DNA from: Saccharolobus solfataricus
Lineage (GTDB): Archaea; Thermoproteota; Thermoprotei_A; Sulfolobales; Sulfolobaceae
DNA length: 32,000 nt
Assembly (NCBI RefSeq): GCF_900079115.1
Contig: NZ_LT549890.1
Coordinates: forward strand, 2,670,001 to 2,702,000
Reading direction: 5' to 3'
Each line of letters starts with the position of its first letter. Positions within the stretch are counted from its first letter, which is position 1. The notes under the pieces were generated by a model. That model was not told where the DNA came from. It ran no database searches and saw only the letters and a program-made list of their open reading frames with translations. Shown piece by piece: positions 26,273-32,000 of this stretch. The position numbers and the translations under genes were made by a program.

Positions 26273-27409
26273 ATGGATATTTTAGCAGTAGTTGACTTTG
26301 GGCTTAACGAAAAGACAGGTGGTTATAAGAGGAACTTTGAGATCATGAAAAGGTTACCAAAGAGGGTTAATATAGACATAGTCCCTTCTATACGAAACGT
26401 CAGACTTTACTCATTTAGGAAAGATTTAATCTCCTTATTAAAAGGGTTAAACTCCACTCCGGATTACGTTATTGAACTATTAGAAAAGGGTAGTAACGTT
26501 GAGGAGTTTTTGAATGGACTTAAAAAGAAGAAGTATGATGTTGCAGTCGTTTATAGTAACTCCTCAGAGAACGTTGAGTTAGCTAGAAGAATAACTTCTG
26601 CCCCAATCGGAGTTCAACTACAACTGGAACCATTCTATCGGGATTTAACAACACTTTTTAAAATAAAATTTAGGGGAGTAACTGGTAAAGCCGTAAGGAA
26701 GTTTAAGGAAGCAATGGAAGAGTCAAAGAAGGAGGAATTAAAGTGGAAGGGATTGATAGAGAGAGGTAACTTGAACTTTGCAATCTCTGTAAGCAAGGTC
26801 CCCTTAATTAACTCAGGTTTGGATAGACTCTTATCGTATAGGGTTACAAAGCCTGGTAACGCTTTTGATGAGAATATGCTAAAGTTTAGGGGAGATAAAG
26901 AGGATTACGCGGTTTATTTTACAAGGCTTATGCCTGAAAAAGGGCTTTTTGAAATTCCATTGATCTGGAAAAAATTGAGAAGAGACATTAGGCTTTACGT
27001 TATGGGTCAATTCGTAGATGAGAGCGATAAAGACGATTTCCTTTCCTTAGTCAAGAGACTTAACGTTAACGTAGAATATATTGGTTTAAAGGAAGAGGAA
27101 GAACTTTACAGTATCGTAGCAAAGGCTTTGTTCACTGTATATCCTTCACATTACGATAGTTTCTCCCTTGTAGTTCTCGAGTCCTTAGCATTAGGAACTC
27201 CAGTTTACGCTTATGATACTTTAGCCCTAAGGGAAATATTTGGCAACGTCAAGGGAGTCCATTTAGTAAGGGAAGGCGACGTAAAGGGCTTAGCAGACTT
27301 AATATCAAGTTTCAAGGGTGAAGAAGTGCCAATCCCAGAGGATTATTCCTCTTGGGACAGAGTCGCTGAAGCTGAGTTAGAAGATATAAAAGCCTTTGCA
27401 AAAAAGTAG
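26273..27409 (+). CDS. GT4-family (GT-B) glycosyltransferase
   Basis: 378 aa. C-terminal YPSHYDSFSLVVLESLALGTPVYAYD motif. Confidence 0.8.
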   Translation: MDILAVVDFGLNEKTGGYKRNFEIMKRLPKRVNIDIVPSIRNVRLYSFRKDLISLLKGLNSTPDYVIELLEKGSNVEEFLNGLKKKKYDVAVVYSNSSENVELARRITSAPIGVQLQLEPFYRDLTTLFKIKFRGVTGKAVRKFKEAMEESKKEELKWKGLIERGNLNFAISVSKVPLINSGLDRLLSYRVTKPGNAFDENMLKFRGDKEDYAVYFTRLMPEKGLFEIPLIWKKLRRDIRLYVMGQFVDESDKDDFLSLVKRLNVNVEYIGLKEEEELYSIVAKALFTVYPSHYDSFSLVVLESLALGTPVYAYDTLALREIFGNVKGVHLVREGDVKGLADLISSFKGEEVPIPEDYSSWDRVAEAELEDIKAFAKK

Positions 27410-27413
27410 TTGT

Positions 27414-27977
27414 ATGAGGAGAGTTTTAATCGTTGCACCCCACCCAGATGATGAGACACTATGCTGTGGCGGGACTATTCAAATTTTCAAGGAGAAGGGT
27501 TACAAGATAAGTGTAATCATAGTAACTGACGGAAGATATGGTTCTCCAGACGATAAGTTAAAGGGAAGTTCAGAGTTAATTGAGATTAGGAGACAAGAAG
27601 CATTAAGGGCTACTAAGATCTTGGGTATAGACGAGGTTAAGTTCTTAAACTTTGAGGATTCTAAAGTTAGTGAAGAAGATGCTGAAAATGCCTTAGCGGA
27701 GTTCTTGCGTGAAAACGATGTCGTCTTCTCACCAATACCCTTCGATAATCATCCAGATCACGCAAACATAGGTAAAGCAGTGGAGAAGTTGTATCCAAAT
27801 GCTTATTTTTACTTAATATGGGGTAATACACAAGTCAATTGGAGGGAAGTCAAGTTCGATATTAGAAAGTATAAGGAGAGTAAGCTTAGGGCAATAAACC
27901 AATATATAAGCCAAATTGGCGGTTTACCTTTGGAGAGATTCACCGGAGATTACGAGGTTTTTTGGACTAAAGGTTAA
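27414..27977 (+). CDS. PIG-L/LmbE-family N-acetylglucosaminyl deacetylase
   Basis: ATG 4 nt after the GT4 stop. VLIVAPHPDDETLCCGG and FDNHPDHANIG zinc-site motifs. Confidence 0.8.
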   Translation: MRRVLIVAPHPDDETLCCGGTIQIFKEKGYKISVIIVTDGRYGSPDDKLKGSSELIEIRRQEALRATKILGIDEVKFLNFEDSKVSEEDAENALAEFLRENDVVFSPIPFDNHPDHANIGKAVEKLYPNAYFYLIWGNTQVNWREVKFDIRKYKESKLRAINQYISQIGGLPLERFTGDYEVFWTKG

Positions 27978-28102
27978 AAGATCATAAATCTAGAGGTTGT
28001 GTATATACATACATAGGGGAGATAATATATAATATGCGAGACATCAGTGGAGATTTTGAACAAGTTTAAAGACAAAGATTTAACTATTCGTTCAGCCAAT
28101 CT

Positions 28103-28444
28103 TTAATCGCTACTTTTCAATTCCAGTATGCCCGTTCTTATTAAGTAGTTAAAGTAGATCTCATTTACAAAGGTCTTTGCGAACCTCAGTTTTCCAAATC
28201 CTAATGAGGCTCCCCTCATTTCCTTAACCTTAATATTACTTATGTAATATTTGGAGGTAATCGAAAGCAGTAGATCCTCATGGGAATTAATGAAAGTTTC
28301 GTCCATTACTTTTTCCTTAGGCCTCACTATTGCGAAACTACCCGAGTTAACGAATTCGCCTACAACTTCTCCAGCAAAATTTAGCATAAAACCAACCATG
28401 GATTTTATCATTGTTATAATCTCAACTTCAAGCTTCTGTAGCAT
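28103..28444 (-). CDS. hypothetical protein
   Basis: 113 aa with ATG start. No motif recognised. Confidence 0.4.
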   Translation of the reverse strand: MLQKLEVEIITMIKSMVGFMLNFAGEVVGEFVNSGSFAIVRPKEKVMDETFINSHEDLLLSITSKYYISNIKVKEMRGASLGFGKLRFAKTFVNEIYFNYLIRTGILELKSSD

Positions 28445-28619
28445 TTATAGGAAAATCGTTACACTTTTACGTTACGTTAAAAATATATAACGAATCTTTC
28501 CTGGTTAGATGAAAAATGTTTATTGATAAGCTATAATATTAAGAAGTACAATGAAAGATATTTATAAATACATGGATAAATATTTTGACTTTTTATGATA
28601 AGGGAATTTCCTAAAACTA

Positions 28620-29180
28620 CTACTTCTGCTTGTGACTCAATATTTCACCGTAGACCTCTGCTGGCGAAAAATTTAACACTTTACCGAAAATTTTCATTCC
28701 CCTAATAAAGTACTCATTTGGCTTTACTAACACTACGGGATAAGTGTGATAATTTGATCTTGATGCCATAACTAGATTCACGTTTCTAGAGACTATACTC
28801 AACTCGTCTTTAATATTCCCACTAACGCTTAATACGTCGTCATTTGATATAATAACCCATCTTGGCTTTAACCTCAAGGAACTCTTTAATCCAAAGTTTA
28901 CACTTCTGGCGTAGTTAAACAGAGATCCGAAGCTCTCTATAAATATTATGTGAAACCCCTTATACACTTCCCTTACATTCCTAGCTAGTTTTCCGTTAAC
29001 ATCAGCGGTGGGAATTACTACTACAATCTCGCTGTCTCCCTCAACTTCATATGTTCTCATCTCTGCCGTTTTACGATTCTTCATCCATCTTATTATATCC
29101 TCTGAATTAGCGTGGGAGTAAAGGTAATAGAGATCATCTAGTTTACCATTATATAATTTCTCTATTTCTGTTTCATCCAT
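28620..29180 (-). CDS. short GT2-like glycosyltransferase domain protein
   Basis: 186 aa. VVVIPTADVNGKLARNV...WVIISNDDV (GT-A DxD-like). Overlaps the cyclase gene by 19 nt, so it is probably co-transcribed. Confidence 0.5.
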   Translation of the reverse strand: MDETEIEKLYNGKLDDLYYLYSHANSEDIIRWMKNRKTAEMRTYEVEGDSEIVVVIPTADVNGKLARNVREVYKGFHIIFIESFGSLFNYARSVNFGLKSSLRLKPRWVIISNDDVLSVSGNIKDELSIVSRNVNLVMASRSNYHTYPVVLVKPNEYFIRGMKIFGKVLNFSPAEVYGEILSHKQK

Positions 29181-29842
29181 AAACTGTTACCCCTAATGTA
29201 AAATACTGTATAAAATGTGATCATCGAGAAGGAGTAAATAAAATCCTCAATTGGAATTGTAATAAATCTAATCCCTACAATACTGTGTGACCCATATATC
29301 ACTACTGGATCTGAGGTTAGGAAATAGTCAAATACTAGAAAGGGAATGTAACTTAATCCCATGAAAATCCAGAAATTTCTAGATGCTAATAAATTTCTTC
29401 CTATAAGCAGAGAAACTATAAGGCTCATAATCAGGTAAACTAGGTCTATGAAGGTATACGAATAGTTGTAAACGAACGGAAGGGTAAGTAACAACAATGG
29501 AATTGCTACACATACAACTTTTGGGACCCATTTTACTTCTTTATCCCTTACTTTACCCATGACAAAGTCAAATATTAAAAGAGTAGCAAAAGGAGTTACG
29601 AGGAAAAACATTACCTCTTCTATGGGCAAATCTATTACGTAAATTCCCGCTACGTACTTAGGATTAAAAGTCCATGAGTTTCTCCATGTAGCGAGAAAGT
29701 CCCAAAATAGATAAATTGGGGAAACGATTCCAATCGACTTCAAAAGCTTTACGTAATTTCTCTTAATTAAAAACGAAAGAATCAGAGTTGGAAAGAAAAT
29801 CATTGAGTCTATCATCAAATAATCGGGTTTAAAGATCTCCAT
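29162..29842 (-). CDS. crtY: lycopene cyclase (fused CrtYc/Yd-type, membrane)
   Basis: 226 aa, polytopic. Duplicated LPIEEVMFF / [10 protein letters not shown] motifs. Confidence 0.75.
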   Translation of the reverse strand: MEIFKPDYLMIDSMIFFPTLILSFLIKRNYVKLLKSIGIVSPIYLFWDFLATWRNSWTFNPKYVAGIYVIDLPIEEVMFFLVTPFATLLIFDFVMGKVRDKEVKWVPKVVCVAIPLLLLTLPFVYNYSYTFIDLVYLIMSLIVSLLIGRNLLASRNFWIFMGLSYIPFLVFDYFLTSDPVVIYGSHSIVGIRFITIPIEDFIYSFSMITFYTVFYIRGNSLWMKQK

Positions 29843-30648
29843 AGATAGACGCCAGCGAAATTCTTTATTACAGTTATCACTATTTTCGTCCTTCTAGGCT
29901 TTACCTTTTTTGATAATACGATACACGGAGACTTCTTTATCCTCAACGCAGACCACTTATACATTTCTGAAGCAGTCTTTATGGGAACTAAGTATCTAGC
30001 TGGTATGAACTTAAACCCCTTTTCTGCCTCCCTTTCAAATTCAAAGTAACGGCTAATTTCGTATCTTATGAATTCTATAAAACCTTCATTACACTCCATC
30101 TTGTCAATTCCAAATTTCTCCATATCTTCAACGGGTAAGTATTGTCTGCCTAAATACAGGTCCTCTTGGACGTCTCTGATGAAATTTAAAAACTGCATTG
30201 CTCTTCCAAGCATTCTGGCATAGTACATTGAGTCATTATGTAAATCTAGAATCTTCATCATGAATAGACCAACTACTTCAGCAGAACCATACATGTACTT
30301 CAAAAGTTCCTCAATACTGTAATACACTTTCTTATATATGTCACTTTCCATTGCATCTAGAAAAGCATCTATCCAACTGTCCTCAAATCCTTTTCTCCTA
30401 GCTAGCTCAACGAAATTTTGCAATACAATATTTCCAGTATTATAACCACTCTTCTCTAATTGATAGAGCTTTCGCAAGTTATAATATTCCTCTATTTTCT
30501 GTGGAACAGAATCGACAAGATCGTCAAATACCCTTACAAAGGCGTAAAGTTTAGTTACATCTTCCCTAATCTTTTTTGGAAAGAAATAAGAGCTATTATA
30601 ATATGTAACGCTTCCCTTCTTAAAGATCTCTTCAAGTTTTTCAATCAT
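29815..30648 (-). CDS. crtB: phytoene synthase
   Basis: 277 aa. Asp-rich boxes [10 protein letters not shown] and [17 protein letters not shown]. Confidence 0.85.
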   Translation of the reverse strand: MIEKLEEIFKKGSVTYYNSSYFFPKKIREDVTKLYAFVRVFDDLVDSVPQKIEEYYNLRKLYQLEKSGYNTGNIVLQNFVELARRKGFEDSWIDAFLDAMESDIYKKVYYSIEELLKYMYGSAEVVGLFMMKILDLHNDSMYYARMLGRAMQFLNFIRDVQEDLYLGRQYLPVEDMEKFGIDKMECNEGFIEFIRYEISRYFEFEREAEKGFKFIPARYLVPIKTASEMYKWSALRIKKSPCIVLSKKVKPRRTKIVITVIKNFAGVYLWRSLNPII

Positions 30649-30778
30649 TTACTCTCAAGCTTAAAACCCGTTAAAGTAGCTAAATCTTTGTATTAGACAA
30701 GTCTTAATATGACTATTTATTAGAATGTAAAAAACACTCTTACATATATTTATATCCCAAAGGATTAAGTAAGCTAAC

Positions 30779-31234
30779 ATGATGCTCATATACTATGTGG
30801 GGATGGCGGTACTAACGTTTGTAGGCATGGAATTCGTAGCCAGATTAATGCATAAATACGTTATGCATGGTTTACTCTGGTTTATCCATGAGGATCATCA
30901 TAAGGAAAAACAAGCTGAGCTCGAAAAAAATGACCTATTTGGTTTAGTGTTTGCCAGTGTGTCGGTTTACCTTTTCTTTTTAGGCATACAAGGAAGTTAT
31001 GTAGCTTTAAGCATAGCTATTGGTATGAGTAGTTATGGAATAGCTTATTTCTTCATTCATGATATGGTGATCCACGATAGACATTTACATTTAAGATCTT
31101 GGGGTTTAAAGCATAGACCTTTCAAGGATTTGATACTGGTTCACGACATTCATCACAAGGAAGGAAAGGGCAATTGGGGATTTTTGTTCGTTATAAAGGG
31201 TTTAGATAAGGTTCCGATTTTGAAGGATGAATAG
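30779..31234 (+). CDS. crtZ: beta-carotene hydroxylase
   Basis: 151 aa. His boxes [21 protein letters not shown] helices. Confidence 0.8.
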   Translation: MMLIYYVGMAVLTFVGMEFVARLMHKYVMHGLLWFIHEDHHKEKQAELEKNDLFGLVFASVSVYLFFLGIQGSYVALSIAIGMSSYGIAYFFIHDMVIHDRHLHLRSWGLKHRPFKDLILVHDIHHKEGKGNWGFLFVIKGLDKVPILKDE

Positions 31235-31236
31235 TG

Positions 31237-32000
31237 ATGAAGGCAGTAGTAGTAGGTGCTGGGTTAGGAGGAATTTCAACAGCTATATTGCTAAAGAAGT
31301 TTTTTGATGAAGTTGTAGTACTGGAAAAGAATACAACTCCAGGCGGGAGAGCTAGGTATTTTTCAGTAGGTGAATTTAGATTTGATATGGGTCCTTCATG
31401 GTATTTAATGCCAGAAATTTTTGAGGAATTTTTCTCTGAGGCAGGAGAAAATCCTCATCCAATAATTAGAGTTAACCCTCCAGTTAAGGTAATGGAAAGC
31501 AAGTTTCTCAAAAAAGAATATAGGGAATTCACTGGAGATAACGTAGATGATAGGTACTTAAATAAGACAAGGTTATTTTATGATTTTTCTAAGAAGTTCA
31601 TAAAAAAGGAGATGGTTTTCTCAGATTTTCTTGATAAGGAAGTATTAGTTAACATATCGGCATTATTTGACACTCTAGATAATTTCAATGCCAGATATTT
31701 TAGGGACAGTTTGATGAGAAAAGCTATGGGTTTTTCATCAGTATTTATAGGTGGTTCCCCATTCAGGGTACCAGCAGTTTATGCTATGATAAACTACGCT
31801 ATTTACGGTCAAGGAGTTTTCTATCCTTATAAGGGTTTTGAAGGCTACGTAAAGAGATTATATGAAATAGCTAGAAAAAAGGGAGTAGAATTCAAGTTCG
31901 ATTTCCCAGTTAATAAGGTTAAAATAGATGAAGGTAAAGTGGTAGAAGTATCGTCAAATATTAAGAGAGAGATGGGAGATGTATTCGTCTTCAACATGGA
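31237..32000 (+). CDS. crtI: phytoene desaturase (partial; runs off the window end)
   Basis: Not in the track because there is no stop. My translation gives [60 protein letters not shown]..., open to position 32000. Confidence 0.85.
   Translation, partial: MKAVVVGAGLGGISTAILLKKFFDEVVVLEKNTTPGGRARYFSVGEFRFDMGPSWYLMPEIFEEFFSEAGENPHPIIRVNPPVKVMESKFLKKEYREFTGDNVDDRYLNKTRLFYDFSKKFIKKEMVFSDFLDKEVLVNISALFDTLDNFNARYFRDSLMRKAMGFSSVFIGGSPFRVPAVYAMINYAIYGQGVFYPYKGFEGYVKRLYEIARKKGVEFKFDFPVNKVKIDEGKVVEVSSNIKREMGDVFVFNM

Noticed and set aside
1-32000. CRISPR arrays, rRNA genes and tRNA genes
   Set aside because: No short regularly spaced direct repeats and no cloverleaf or rRNA-like conserved blocks were seen. 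All large repeats are explained by IS copies.

Overview
AT-rich crenarchaeal chromosome segment, Sulfolobales-like and most like Saccharolobus/Sulfolobus solfataricus judging by the ISC-type insertion sequences. Housekeeping and accessory genes are heavily invaded by mobile DNA. Ordinary genes: acyl-CoA dehydrogenase, Zn-ADH, XdhC-like protein, radical SAM enzyme, CMD and AKR genes, an MBL / Rieske / SQR-like trio, a P1B-type metal ATPase with an HMA chaperone, a macro-domain protein, a GT4 + PIG-L deacetylase pair, and a carotenoid cluster (crtB, cyclase, GT2-like, crtZ, crtI). Mobile DNA: three copies of a 1225-bp IS4-like element. One copy splits a cupin gene and is itself split by a 2381-bp element with two transposase-like ORFs. 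The other two sit in exact head-to-tail tandem sharing a TTTA duplication. There is also a diverged remnant of the same IS family, a frameshifted IS110-family element, a 1077-bp IS630-family element that cuts an HxlR-type regulator gene, an IS6-like element, and related MITE or solo ends. Best candidates for something new: (1) two homologous GC-rich, helix-dense islands that look like TnpB-less IS200/IS605 right ends, meaning the tnpB C-terminal tail plus an omega-RNA-like scaffold; one of them carries the IS tandem in its terminal hairpin loop. (2) The abutted-end IS tandem itself. (3) The structured leader of the archaeal IS110-type element, a bridge-RNA candidate. All family and name assignments come from motif reading and memory. 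No searches were run.
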